From NCBI GenBank assembly GCA_040954595.2, contig CM082588.2, positions 9,346,844 through 9,410,843 on the forward strand: a stretch of DNA of 64,000 bases. Direction: 5' to 3'. Shown one piece after another: positions 12,480 through 32,664 of the stretch; within the stretch, counting starts at the first letter, position 1; each line of letters opens with the position of its first letter. The position numbers and the translations under genes were made by a program. The notes under the pieces were generated by a model that saw nothing but the letters and a program-made list of their open reading frames with translations, was not told the DNA's origin and did no database searches. The DNA is from Balanoglossus misakiensis (Eukaryota; Animalia; Hemichordata).

Positions 12480-14832
12480 GTAGGGCTGAGTACCCAGCGC
12501 TCAATTCTCGCTGACGGTTTTGGCTTCTCTGAGTATATCACTTGTAGTGGCTTGTGATCTGTCAACAGTTTAAATTTCACTCCGTATAGATACACATGAA
12601 ACCTCTCACACTAAGGCTAGAGCCTCCTTCTCCGTCTGCGAATATCTTCTTTCAACGTCTGTCAAACTACGGCTGGCATAACATACCACTCTGTTTTCGC
12701 CACGTTGTTCCTGTATCAATACAGCACCCAATCCAACCGGGCTGGCATCGGCTATCACTTTGGTTTCTGCATTTCTATCAAAGTATGCGAGTGTCTAGCT
12801 GCATTTGCCAATGCATCTTTAAGACGATTGAAAGCTACTTCCTGTTCAGTTCCCCATTCAAACTTCGTTCCTTGCCTGGTCAATCTCCGTAGGGGTTCTG
12901 CAATTGTTGCAAAATCCAGTATGTACCGGGCAGAGAAGTTCACCAAACCTAGAAAGCTTCTGACTTCAGTCGCACTTTCTGGTCTTCTCGCATTCGCCAA
13001 TGCCTGCACTTTCGTTGTTGTCGGACCGATACCTTGTTTCGACAACAAGTGTCCCATGAACTCAAGCTGAGACATCCGGAGTACACATTTCTCCCTGTTC
13101 AATGTGAGACCATTCCGCTCGAAGCATTCCATGACCTTAATCAGTCGGTCGTCATGGTTACCATCATCCCCAAGTATGATTACATCATCGGATATGTTGT
13201 AAGCACCTTCACATTCAGCTAACACCCCACTTGAGATCTAGTTTTGTGAATACTGTGCTCTTATTCACATTCTCCAAAACTTCGTCAATGGTAGGTAGGG
13301 GTGTCTCTTCCTAATCACAGCTTTATTTGCACACCGCATGTCCACACAAAGTCGTATGTCTCCTGATAGTTTCGGAATGATAACAACTGGGCTGACCCAT
13401 GGGGTGGGTCCATCAACTCTCTCTATGATGTCTAGCTTTAACAGTTCATCTATCTTCGACTCCAACTTCTCCCTCAAACTAAAAGGTACTCGCCTTGGTT
13501 TCTGGGCAACGGGGGGTACAGTCGGGTCAATGTGGAGCTTCGCCTGGTATTTCTTCAGTTTTCCCAGTCCTTGAAAACAGCCAGGAAATCTGCTGAATAT
13601 TTCCTCCGCATCTATTGCATTCACCTGCAAACCAAGCTTCAGTACTCCCAGCTTCTCAGCTGTAGATCGCCCTAAAAGGGATTTTCCATCGCCTTTAACA
13701 ACAACAAAGTCGGCTGTTGTTGCCTTTCCAGCAATTTCAACATCTGCCTGAAATTTGCCTAAAATTTCTAGCGGCTTCGATGATCCGTATGCATACAGTT
13801 TCTGTCTGGTTTTCTCAGACTGGTATCGAATGTGTTTCCGTTTCAAATCAGACCACGTGACTTCACTCAACACATTGCATGTTGCTCCAGAGTCAATCAA
13901 CATGTCTCGGACAGCAACTCCACCAATGTTGGCATCTACCACACCGCTGTTATTCGAGTTTTTCCCTGGCCAAACTGTAAAAACGTAATTACTGATTTCC
14001 TCTACCCAGTTCAGCCTGTCTTTGATAGTCTTGTACTGTCCACTATCTCTTTCTAGTTTGGTACCACTGTCTTGCTTCGTCTTACAAACAGCTGCAAAAT
14101 GTCCCACTGTGTGACATTTATTACAGGTAGCTGCTCTAGCAGGGCAATCTTTATCTCGCTGGAAATGTCCCTGACGCCCAACGTCTTTTAATCTTCTTAC
14201 CCTGTTTACCGGACGCCTGTTTTCCCTTCGATCTGGCCTGCTGGACATGGTTGACCTCCTGTTTTGTATCACCCTCCATTTTCTTTATTTGTACATCGAC
14301 GGCTTCCATCGATCTCGCTATCTCTTGCACTCTTTTCAATGTGAGGGCGCCACCTTTTTTCCAGTAATTTCCGACGTAAGGCAGACGATCTGCATTTGTC
14401 TATGATCTGATCACGTATTTGTTCATCAGTGTCCCGAAATTCGCAATTCTTAGCCTGACTTCTAAGTCTCGCGAGGAACTGATCGATACTTTCAGATTCT
14501 TCTTGTTTCAATTGACGGAAGAGGTGTCGTTCATATGGAATGTTAACTTGAGGGGTGAAATTAGCCTCTAATGTGCGCATGGCTATTTCACATTCACCTG
14601 CTGTGTCTACGGCACCATCCGCCAAATTACTAGGTCCGGGATCTTCCAGATCATCAAAACTGTCCTGAACTTCCGTCCCAGCAGAGTGTAACAGAAGCGA
14701 TTTCTTCTGATGATCGTCTCTCACTCCCTTCCCATCGACGTAGAACTCAAATGGCAAATGCCTTTCGCCATTTTTTCCAACGTATCGCCACTGTAGATGG
14801 GTCGCTCTTACAGTCGAACGCTTGTATACCAT
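12480..14832 (-). pseudogene. Gypsy gag, protease, RT and RNase H (frameshifted; internal RT deletion)
   Basis: Gag ERHLFRQLKQ...DQII; CCHC knuckle CNKCHTVGHFAAVC; protease LIDSGATCN; RT SPVVIIPK..GDIRLCVDMR and NISDDVII; RNase H IADASPVGLGAVLIQ, TDHKPL. Confidence 0.9.
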
Positions 14833-14910
14833 CTATTTCGATATTTACTGCCATCGTACATCGCAGGTCAACTCAAACTAGTTAACAGCTTTCTCGAGTT
14901 TTTTCGGTTT

Positions 14911-14923
14911 ATCCTCGTCGCCA
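14911..14923 (-). promoter_or_regulatory. Primer-binding site, tRNA-Ser(GCT)-type
   Basis: TGGCGACGAGGAT lies 2 nt inside the 5' LTR and is complementary to the metazoan tRNA-Ser(GCT) 3' end ...AUCCUCGUCGCCA (recalled sequence). Confidence 0.85.
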
Positions 14924-14925
14924 AT

Positions 14926-15083
14926 TGAACTGTTCCAACTATATATTTAGTCTAGATGAATCGGATTAAACACAGGCACATGATTTAACAACTATACACG
15001 GCCGCCATCATGGCCCAAGAACTTTATTGTGTTCTACATATATAATGAGGTGACCTGATGTGACCTCAGGTCAATACACTACA
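14926..15083 (-). repeat. 5' LTR
   Basis: Direct repeat of 10636-10793. Confidence 0.95.
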
Positions 15084-16439
15084 ATAGACAATGTCATGTT
15101 CGATTCCATAACTCTCACAAATTGAAACTAGATGACGTAAACCTTTTATCGACGGGCACAGAAGTGACAAATCATCGGCGTACATGAGATGATTAAACAT
15201 TTGACCACCTATATTACAGCCAAATTTTGACGAACTAAGACGAATGCTTAGCTCATCCATGTAGACATTGAACAGCAGAGGAGATAGAACTGAAGTTATG
15301 GGCAGCTAGGTTGCGCTAGAGGAAATATTGTCTGTCTGATTGAGAGGAAAACTTTAAATTGTAACACTCAAGTATGTGTTTCAGAATAATGTCTTTCAGT
15401 ATGCTGAGATTATTTATCATTCCTTTCAGGGAGCCATATGGTGTTACAAATACCCCTTCGTGAACCCTGTCTGTTGTCATTTTAGTGGATCTATGAACTT
15501 TGGTACCAAAGTTTTCAGTTGGTAGAGAACAAGGCGTTCATAACGCAACATGGCGGAAATCATTCATACAGGTATAGACACTAGGTGAAGATGGTGTCCC
15601 TTTTGAACTGGGACAACGCAGGATGTTTTCCAGATATATGAATTTGAATATGTCCGTCATGCCGTTGGCGTCCCTGTACGATTTGGAGATTCCTGGCCAG
15701 GGAAAGGCTATATGTTCAATTAATTTAATAATTGTACCAGTCAGATAGTAGTTTAAGTAGTTTCATATTAACATACCTGTACATTCGAACTTGACTATAC
15801 TACCATGTTAACGTTTAATTATACTGGTATATTGGTCATCCATTGATGTACCCGGACATGCACTTATCTATCTTTTGTTAATCTGTCTCCGTGCTTCAAA
15901 GGCATTGTCATAGAATGTGTTATTCTTACATTACAAGTGATTTCTGTAATATGCCCCGCAACGCTGTGATCTTTGCTCTTGCCCCGATGTAATCTACTGT
16001 GATTTATATACAGATTTATCCAATGGGATTTGAGCTTGAGTAGCTGTTCTCGAGTTGACTGCGCATCTATACCATTGCCCTGCCTGACAGAGTACACATT
16101 TTGTCTCCGGCAGCTGTTTGGAACTTTGGCGGAGTTGCGAACTGGGCCGTCTCAAATCACAGTTACCCGTACGTGTTAGTCTGGTAAGTGTGGTAAAATT
16201 TCAGTTAGAGCTCTTACTTTATTTAATTTTATCCTCATCAACAGCACCTGAGGAAGCCGCGTACAGGCAAGTGAATTAGTAAATAACTTAATAAGGACTT
16301 AATAGCGAACCAAGAAATTTACAGATAGAATGAACACCGTGCGAAAAATTACTTCACCAAACTCGGTGAAATGTGCAACATATGTTCTCATAGAGATCTG
16401 CACTGTAAGACATCCAGCAGTGTCATATCAATCCATTAA

Positions 16440-16791
16440 AGGGACAAAGTCTCTTTCTTCTTCCCCATTCCCATTAATTATGTTTGATACAAGACACCGT
16501 TTATGGTCTTCTACATGTGGATGTATAGTGATTCATCGTTCGACCACACACAACTTCAATCCCACTTAGACGCGAGAATGAAAAAAATCGCCAAAATGAG
16601 TAATCGGTCTCTACCATTTATTCATTTTGGGCAAGTTTTTCTCTCATGTCATACAGGCGGGATGGAAGTTGTGTATGGTTGACTGTTGATTCACTGCATA
16701 TCCACATGTGGAATAACATAAACGGTGCCTTGTATCAATTTGAACAAAATTAATGGAATACAGGGCAGTGAGACAGAGAGACTTTGTACCT
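16440..16791. mobile_element. Foldback MITE with TTAA target (Kolobok-like)
   Basis: TTAA|agggacaaagtctct...agagactttgtacct|TTAA. Arms are complementary over most of the length, e.g. gatacaagacaccgtttatg / cataaacggtgccttgtatc. Confidence 0.8.
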
Positions 16792-16929
16792 TTAATTATG
16801 TGGTTACAAAGAGACGACGCCACTATAATGACACTTATTTATGAAGTTTTAATGAAACTTGCTCCATATATTGATCTGACACACTGCTGATTGCACTATG
16901 AAAATATTTTATTGATTATGTACAATCAG

Positions 16930-17640
16930 TACAATTGAAAGTATTGTCATTTCTTTTAATTGTGGATTTTTGGTCTCTCATGTGTATGTATAATGAAAAC
17001 CAGTAATAAAATTAGGGATCGCCGAGCTTGATTTCGAAATACAAGACCGCGAATTTAGTCGATTATTGGAGAAACGCGTACATTCTTAATTTGCATGTAT
17101 ATCGTATTGTTAAAAAAACACCACCAACAACAGAAAGTCCCTTCGAGAGAAAATCAAGCGACTTTTATTCCGGCTTGGAGTATTCTATAGACAACCAATA
17201 TAACACAGTTGTTATTCAATATGAACAGGGCCAGTTGTTAAACGATTGAAGGAAAGTCCATTAAGAGTTTGGGAATGCTGCTGTATTACATGCAACAAAG
17301 AAATCGGAACTTCATTTGGACATGTCAATAGTACCAGTCAGAAGACGTTTGACAGCCGATCACAGTTGTAACCAAAATACATTTCCTATAAAATGTGCCA
17401 GAAAAAAATCCCAGATCAATTTGTCTTGAGGATGTTCGATCAGTAACATTGAAAGTATTTTCATTTCTTCCACTTATGCGTTTTGGGTTGAATTTTATTT
17501 TACCAAACTTCGTGCAAAATTTCATAAAAATGACAATAGTAGAAGTGAGTTAACTAGCTATAATAAATATAATCCTATGGGAGGTGACAAATACGCACAC
17601 ATTTGCGCAGTTTGCTAGTTTGCATTCTGCACGTACAGCC
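16930..17640. mobile_element. Degenerate copy of the TTAA MITE found at 22355-22755
   Basis: Shares tgtcatttct...gtggatttttgg...tgtatgtataatgaaaa and aaaatttc.taaaaatgacaatag. Right end is cgtacagcc|TTAA; left end is not resolved. Confidence 0.7.
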
Positions 17641-17939
17641 TTAATGTGAAATTTGGACAAATCGCGGTATCAACTGAAGTGCCAGCTTGAAAGAGAAATT
17701 TGCCACAAAACAAGCAAAATGCTCTTGTACGGCATTCTTAAAAAAACTGCCAATCTGAAGTTGTAAACGAACGCCAAACAACAAGCGAACGCCTGAAGTC
17801 ATCAACACCTGACGATAGCGCGCAAACACTAAGGAACTATCCATTCGTGGACTCCCATCTTAATATCCTTAGTGCTCAATCCACTCCAGGATTAAACATA
17901 ATCTTACGAAAGATTGGTGGAGTCCGATCAGTGACAGTA

Positions 17940-18005
17940 GACAGAAACAGACACACTGACTGACTGACTGACAGTCAGTCAGACAGACAGACAGACTGAC
18001 TGACT
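17940..18005. repeat. Mixed (GACT)/(CAGT)/(GACA) microsatellite, partly self-complementary
   Basis: gactgactgactgacagtcagtcagacagacagacagactgactgact. Confidence 0.85.
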
Positions 18006-18305
18006 TCATTCATACAGTATTGGAAGCCGTGAATGAACACCTACGTTACAGATCCTAATGTAAAATAGTTTCAAAGTTTGAAACTTCGTGGTCCAATGTA
18101 CGAAGTTTACGGGCTGTAAGTAGTCATCACCTGATAAAGACGCGTGTGTACCAGATTCGACCGTCTTCTTTTAGGTTATATACCGCGGTATCACAATTTC
18201 GGGGGTTTCCCCATCTTTGCCCGCCAAGGCAAGGGACCGTTAGCGAGATAACTCTCCGTACAAGCGGACGATGGGTTTTTCCCTTCATAGGACAGTTCAG
18301 GTTAA

Positions 18306-18489
18306 AGGTATACGGTCACCTATGGAAAATGACCTATAGTTAACATGGTGAATTGAGATCTAGCCAATCACGGATTTTCAGTGGGTGGCACACGCTTAAA
18401 AAGAGCGCCACCTTATGTTCTTTAAAACGCTCAGATACGCCATTTCAGCCAAATATGGCGATATGTAAATTGGACGTGACAGTATACCT
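18306..18489. mobile_element. Second copy of the 185-bp MITE
   Basis: TTAA|aggtatacggtcacc ... gtgacagtatacct, colinear with 6123-6307. Confidence 0.8.
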
Positions 18490-19839
18490 TCATTCGGTGG
18501 ATGCTCTTTCTGTTTGTGATGGCAAATTAAGATAACACACGCAGCGTGTCACTGTCATAGCTAAATCCCTGCTTCACGATCGTGGGTGACACGGACCAAA
18601 TTATCTGATTAAACGGGACATACTTGAAAATCCGGACTTTGATAATAAACTGGCCACACCCTATGAAATGTCAAATGGCGGTGATAACATCCATCATGGG
18701 TCAAGGATAGTTTGAATAGTACAGATTTGTCGACATTTATTTGTTTATTTTCTTCATATATTTGTATTATGTTCTGTTTACTGAAACAGACTCATTAACT
18801 GACTCGTCAAAACTGAACTCACACCTTGTGTATAATATGATCCTAACATCCGAATACTACATGGTTTGGGTTGTATTCTGAGAAGCTTTTTTTTTCCTTT
18901 TGATACACATGCACTATGCATATTCGATGTCTTTTTCGACCCCCAAAACAACAAATTTAACGAGAAAATGATATAATATCAGTTTCTTGTATCTACTTGC
19001 CCCTGAATACTCATCGTAGATGTACCCAATGGTACATTTGTGGAAGTCTCTATACGGAAAGTCTGTTTGAGGAATAGGTGTGTGCCCTGCTCAAAGAATA
19101 GCTTACAGGTCTGCACGAGAACTCTGACCTACTAGTAGACCATTTCGAGTGCTAGTGTTTTAATGGCGTCAGGGAGGGACTATGCGTCATCAAAATGCAA
19201 GCAAGTGAAAACAATAACAAAGTTCGATTTCACATCAGTACATAATATATTATTGATAAACACCGAATTGCAAGGTAAATTTCCCTTTAAGTATATGAAA
19301 TCAGCAGTTTGGCATCTTGCTAAGCAAAACTATCACATGCGGATAGGGTGAGTCAGAGTCGGGGGTAATAGTCCGGTTGTCTCATGCACAAGTATCGCGT
19401 GTGTGTTCTGTTTGCATTATGGTGGTGTTTGCATTGAGGTCATCAGAAATGTTCTTATAAACAAAACCGCCCGTGTCTCTATATACACAACGTTCACAGA
19501 TACGTAAATCAAAGTTCATCACTTGACTCCAACACCAGTATGGGCCAACGCCTATAATCACTGCATTGATAAGGTGTACCGACCAGACACTGACACGGAC
19601 CTAGAATGAGGCCAACTCTAAGAAACTGTGGCTAGCAACGGTCCTGGAGGTGCCTCACTTGACAAGACAAACAACATGCAGACAGGCAAGCTCACGCGCG
19701 CCCTTCAACATTCAGAACGTTGCCGCCGCGGCGTGCGTTCACTGGATTGTGCACATAAACCACGTAAAAACTGATACAGTATACACATATTGACTGGCCA
19801 TGAGAACATCAGCATACGTCTGTAATCCGAGGAACTGTG

Positions 19840-20455
19840 AGTCACCCCCAAAACAGACTGCTTGTCTAGGCTGAAGGCCGAGTGAAACAGTCTGTTTTGG
19901 GGGTGACTGACAGTCCCGAGGGGTGGAAGACGTATGCTGTTGCCCGAAAAGCCAGTCAATATGTGTTTTGTAACACACCTGATCCGCAGCCATGCATAAG
20001 AAGAACTCACCATACACAAAGTGAGCGGGCATCATTTTTCGGAACAGATGCCCGGCGGGCAACAGCACAAAAAGAACACACACCACATAACTAGCAATTG
20101 AAGAATAAGAACACAGTGTGCGGATGAAGTGTGTTGCAACTTTTATTATAACACACCATGCAGTTAACCCTCGACCGTGATTCGTCAATACGCCATCACG
20201 TGACCTTAGTCATTTCGAACTGTTCCCTAGGGAATCAGTTCGATCGGTTTCTGCCCGGTACTGTTGCCTGGATGTGGTGTGTGTGGTGTTTGGTGTTTTA
20301 TAAAACACATGATGACTGACATATTCGGGCAACAGTGTACTTTTGATGACCTCGGGACTGCCAGTCACACCAAAACAGTCTGTTTTAGTTGTGACTAGTA
20401 GTGCCCTCGGTCATCAAAATACACTGTTGCCCTCATTGTCAGTCATCATGTGTAT
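19840..20455. repeat. Pair of related long inverted repeats (probable non-autonomous element)
   Basis: Perfect 21-bp IR agtcacccccaaaacagactg / cagtctgttttgggggtgact at ~19840-19908, and a ~150-bp imperfect palindrome at ~20305-20453. Confidence 0.7.
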
Positions 20456-21969
20456 ATTGTTCCATGATGCCCTTGATTCAACCAAGTGACGTTACAACGT
20501 CAGTATGTTCAGGGTTTGCATCAGAACAGTTAGCACACATGGAATGCTATCACGTCCTGAATAATTGTCAACATGTGACATGTGGTGGATTGACGTGAAT
20601 TCTCCCGGCAATGTTCAGGACAGCAGTACTGAACAGAAACTCAGAACGAATCAAATGAGTTTGGTAATGGCCTGCCTGTGGCGGTGTATTGTGGCATAAT
20701 AAGGTCATGAAGCGGTCACCCCCACAGTTGGCGGACCTCACACGCATCATTATACATCGCCACAGCAAATCTGCGTATCCACAGCTAGTAATGGTCAAGC
20801 GGTTCTAGCTGCTCTGAAAACTTCAAGCAAATGTTTTCGACCATGTGCTTTAAGCCGCACAACCATAGCACATCTGGTATCCACGACCCCTTTTGAATTA
20901 TCATCCATTGTTATATACAACTGGTCTTGTTAACGATTGTGATTTGTAAATTGGCCTAACCAAAACAAATGCAGAGATGAAATATATTAGACCGAAATCC
21001 AGGTTATCGCTGCTATACAGCAATATTTGATAAATATGTCATTACGGAACATCACCCAAGTAAATGAACAATGCCGAGTAATAGGTTATCAATAGATGCC
21101 GATCGACAACGTTACGTTGCTAGTGTCTCTGCTCAATGTTCAATTAGCGTGGCGAAGTAAGGTTTCCTAATCAAACAGTCACATAGACTATTGTCCGGCA
21201 ACAATGGTGAAGTACATTGCATAGCGAATGTGTGTAGTCTGCACGTATACCGGTCACCGAGTCCAAATCTGTCGGTCTGCACCTTTCTGTTTGAGTAACA
21301 AATTCAATAAAATACCTTGGGATGTTCGCACGGGTTCTTTACTCAAAAGTTGTTAAAGAATTACCCTTTTCATAAAAACTATTCCTTTTTACAATAGTCT
21401 TAGGTGAAAACTCAACTCATCAATAATGAAAAGGATGCTGAATGCATGCTATGTGAGTTTGAAACAGTGTGTTAACGGAGTGTGCGCAATCTTTCCCTTT
21501 AACTAGTATGTTTTCGGTTTGTAATTTGTAATGTTTATTTTGTCTTCTAAATATTATAGCCCAGAATGGATAATCGGAATCTACTAAACAAATGTTGTAA
21601 ACGATTCACGTCTCTGAATATTCTAGCCTAACTGTCTAAGAATTAGAATTATCGATGTTTAATCAGACTAATGACAAATTTGACTGGTTATTTTGAAGCA
21701 AAAAACATTTTTTTTGAGAAGTACGCACTTTTTGGATTTCTTTGTTACAGCTGGCCATTGGTTGTGTGTTACTGTAAATAGTTTTCGGTGTAAATTATTA
21801 CTTGGTCCTAGAATTTTTATAAAAATATGTTGTGATGAACCGTATAAGCAACCTAAATTTAAAATCGGGTTAAGTGTCACAATTGTGGTGACGCAGTCAT
21901 CAGAGCAACTGTGACCACAATAGACTCAAACTCTATTGTTTTTATTTCACAAGGAATTCGTCATTTGCG

Positions 21970-29521
<7,552 letters not shown>

Positions 29522-29834
29522 AAGAAGCTTTTCCAAATATGACATGAAACATATATTGAGACCAACTCTATAATAGTTTGGTTTCAATATATAAGCTTAT
29601 AAGTACTAATTTGAAATCTTCCATTTGTGATAAATTGTGAACAAAGCCTAAACATTTATACTCCAACTTTCCTCACACAGAAACATGGCAGTTTGGATTA
29701 ATCACCCTGATCAAATCCTTTTGTTCTGGATTTTTCCCCCGCAGTCTTAAATAATATACCTATCAATTGCCTTTCCTGAATACTTCAAGAAGATCGTCAT
29801 ATGGCTGTACCATATTAAAAGATCACCTTCTGAT

Positions 29835-29842
29835 AAATAAAG
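29835..29842 (+). promoter_or_regulatory. Candidate polyadenylation signal of the TSP1-EGF gene
   Basis: AATAAA about 315 nt after the stop codon. Confidence 0.45.
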
Positions 29843-31005
29843 TACAAACATAAAACTCTAACTAGCAGTTTCACGAGCTACAACAAGGACACTTGTAAAC
29901 CACATTTGAGTTAATCTTTCAGGAAAATATGCCATATGCCAGTACTATCCACCCAACTGATGCATAAAAAAATATAAGGATTACCCGTCTAACTCCCTAG
30001 TCGCCTGTTCTTATCAATGTGAAAGAAAAACTTGCAGAGTAAATACATGAATACTAACAGACGTGTCCAAAACAGACGTTTACAGACAAACTACGACCCG
30101 GCCACGCCTTTACCTGTGTGGGAAAAATCCATGAGAATTGTAATGTCGTATTAACAATTGTAATTTTTGACAATAAAATTATCCTTTTATTCTGCACTTC
30201 ATGATTACCGAACTTTTATAATACGCGTATAACAAGATTTCCAACATATGTACTACCGCATACTTGCAACGGAGCGCTAGATAAAAATATCCATAACAAA
30301 GTGACACTACAAATCCAATGAACTTTGGAAACGAAAGTTTCGTTATTGTTTATAATGTAGACAAGCTCGATGAGATGCGTATGTCCAGTAGTGGACGATT
30401 ATTCTAAAGACTGGGTGCAACAACACCGAATGGTGGCACACAAATATGTGGACCAAAGCCGTAGCGGAAGGGAATTCGAAGCAGAGGCTGGGATGGGTAC
30501 TTGCTGTAACGATGGCGGAATTCGTAGTGCGAATTTGCCCACCGAAGTCGTTCCAGCATCGGAAAGGCGGCGGATTTGAGTTTGGGAGTGATCAGAAGGA
30601 TTAGGACGACTACTGTCAGTGAAAGCAGGAAAAATGTAAACGGAATGGTGTTCATACCCCAGGGCATAGCGAATCATTACAAGTCACTCCCTCCTTTTCC
30701 GGTACTTGCTTGTAAATGACACACAGCAGTACTCGCCGTTTGCGGGGGAAAAATGAAAGACTCATTCGATGTGTACAATTCCATATCAAACAGTGGTTAG
30801 TTGACACATTTCCGTATAGTCACGTCTGTGTCATTTTGCGTTGAACGGTAGCAAACGTTATGATGGACGTTCATTAGTTCTGATTGACATACTCAATATT
30901 TGTCATAGATGATGAAGAGTCCAAGATCAAGAGAAACTTAATCACCGTAGCTCAACACCTTACCTCAGCTAACAAACTGTGATCTTGTGGAGAGATGCAG
31001 CCTTA

Positions 31006-31456
31006 GGGACCGTTCAGTTTTTACGGCTGGGGGGGGGGGGGCAAAATCCAGCGGGGTCACTTAAATTTTGAAATCCAAAAGGGGGGGGGGTCATCTTTTT
31101 TTGAAACGTTTAGGGGGTCTCAAACTTTTGCTTTTGAGTCCACAAAATTGCAGTTTCGCGCCCTTTATTTTACAAAATTTTCTAATGTGGGAAAGGGACA
31201 CCCCCTTCCACACCCAACCCCTTCATTCGTTGCCACATTTCATTAATTGGCTGGTTTGTCTAGTGACTCAGGCCAGAATACTTGGCACCTCACCCACCTA
31301 TGCTTACTTAGAGTGGAGTGGCAAAAGTAAAATTGGTCCTCCTAAGCATTTAGTTAATTTGCTTTTGAGTTCATTAAAATGCAACTTTGAGCTCCATATT
31401 TAAAAAAAATTCCCACACCCATCCCACCGCCCCAGCCGTAAAAACTGAACAGTCCC
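31006..31456. mobile_element. PIF/Harbinger-type (Tourist-like) MITE
   Basis: 26-bp TIR gggaccgttcagtttttacggctggg / cccagccgtaaaaactgaacagtccc (1 mismatch), TSD TTA on both sides. Confidence 0.88.
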
Positions 31457-31768
31457 TTACAACATTCGCCATTAAAGCCGTATTTAAATTGGCCTACCCA
31501 GATAATCAACATCTAAAGCAAGTTTCATCAAATTTGGTATAGCCGCTGCTCATGCATTGAAACGCCTTTGTTTTTGAAAGCATTTCCTTCCTTCGAACGC
31601 ACACGAAACACGCGGCCAATGGATGCGCCTTGCAGTGTTGCACGATGGAAGTTAATTTTTGACGACGTCACAGACGTGATCTTAGAACGAATAAGAATTA
31701 GAATTGTTTGGTAAGAGTGTGAACGCCGCATCTTACTAATACTGCAAAAGTCCAACATACAACTTGAC

Positions 31769-32212
31769 GATGATTTGTGTGTGTTTGACTATTATCTTGG
31801 CATTACTGGTGCCTGGCGTGCCAACTGGTTGGCGAGTATTGTGAGTTGCTGGACAGCCAACCAAGTACCAGTACAGGAATCCGCCGATTCGGAAGTTTGA
31901 CTCGGAGTCAGACAGTGACGACGACAAGTCAGGGGATCCAAAAAAAACTACGATTCCGGCGTGTTCACCGAAAGGGGTGAGACTCCTTAGTTTTTGTTCT
32001 CCGAGGAGGAGGAGGAGGACCACAAAAAGAGACGAGGAAAGGGAAAGGGGAATAAATCGGCGGACGTTGCCCCCGAGAAAAATGCCGAAGAGTCCCCGAA
32101 CCCGGACGAGGAAGAAACGCCAACCCGCTGTGTACCGTTTTGCGGACAGCGTCTTCTTCGTTGGATTTTGAAGAAGTTTGGAAAGAGGAGCGTTCGAGTG
32201 GGTCCACATTAA
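31769..32212 (+). pseudogene. Copy A of an unknown small acidic/basic protein gene (disabled)
   Basis: ..ELLDSQPSTST..DSESDSDDD..FSEEEEEDHKKRRGKGKG..CVPFCGQRLLRWILKKFGKRSVRVGPH*. Has a frameshift and an internal stop. AATAAA at ~32290. Confidence 0.6.
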
Positions 32213-32664
32213 GAACAGTGTTGATGACTCTATGTGACGGGACCGCTGCCTGTTTACTTATATTTTATCATTTCAATTCTCCTTTTATAAATAAACATTT
32301 CGAAAAATACATAGCCTTGTTGTTGTGCAATGTTTATTGGAATGTGTTTTATCAGGATAAACTTTGATGCAAGTGGTTGGCACTGAATTATAACAATCCC
32401 TCCAACTGAAGTCCACTCTCATCACGACCCTGTCTTATATTCTCCGTGAACATGAATAACACGAATATCTAATATCAAATATCTCAAGCATACCCTCCTA
32501 AATTATCAAACGTTCGCAAACCTTACTTCGGAATTCGTCTTTGTTTATTTCTATATCCAAGACAACATTTGTTTGGTTTGGAGTTCGTTTCTATTAATGA
32601 TTAGTATTAGTTGTTTTGTGTGTGCTTGACCATTGTCTTGGCATTGATGGTGCCTGGCGTGCCA

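Larger units (their letters stand above)
10636..15083 (-). mobile_element. Full-length, disabled Ty3/Gypsy LTR retrotransposon (Mag-like)
   Basis: 158-bp TG...CA LTRs, 5-bp TSD ATAGA (10631-10635 and 15084-15088), PBS, PPT, and domain order gag-PR-RT-RH-IN. Confidence 0.96.
9936..15286 (-). mobile_element. 5'-truncated non-LTR retrotransposon (LINE, probably RTE-X-like), interrupted by a Gypsy element
   Basis: RT motifs VLSPLLFNVYMD...LMYADDLSLLCPS at 15089-15290 continue after the Gypsy as HKTKSKCMYF...YTYLG...YARANTLLRKF...LRVAYNN. AATAAA plus (TTA)n tail at ~9936-9978. TSD GAACT at 9931-9935 and 15287-15291. Contains frameshifts. Confidence 0.9.

Noticed and set aside
15515-15560. tRNA/SINE-like A-box (cagttggtagag)
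   Set aside because: No B-box or cloverleaf follows.
19705-20188. 149-aa and 104-aa minus-strand ORFs
   Set aside because: They overlap palindromic repeat sequence and show no recognisable domain.
30370-30677. GC-richer ORF-like patch, possible fourth member of the small-gene cluster
   Set aside because: No alignable LDSQPS, KGKG or RVGP motifs, so it cannot be supported.
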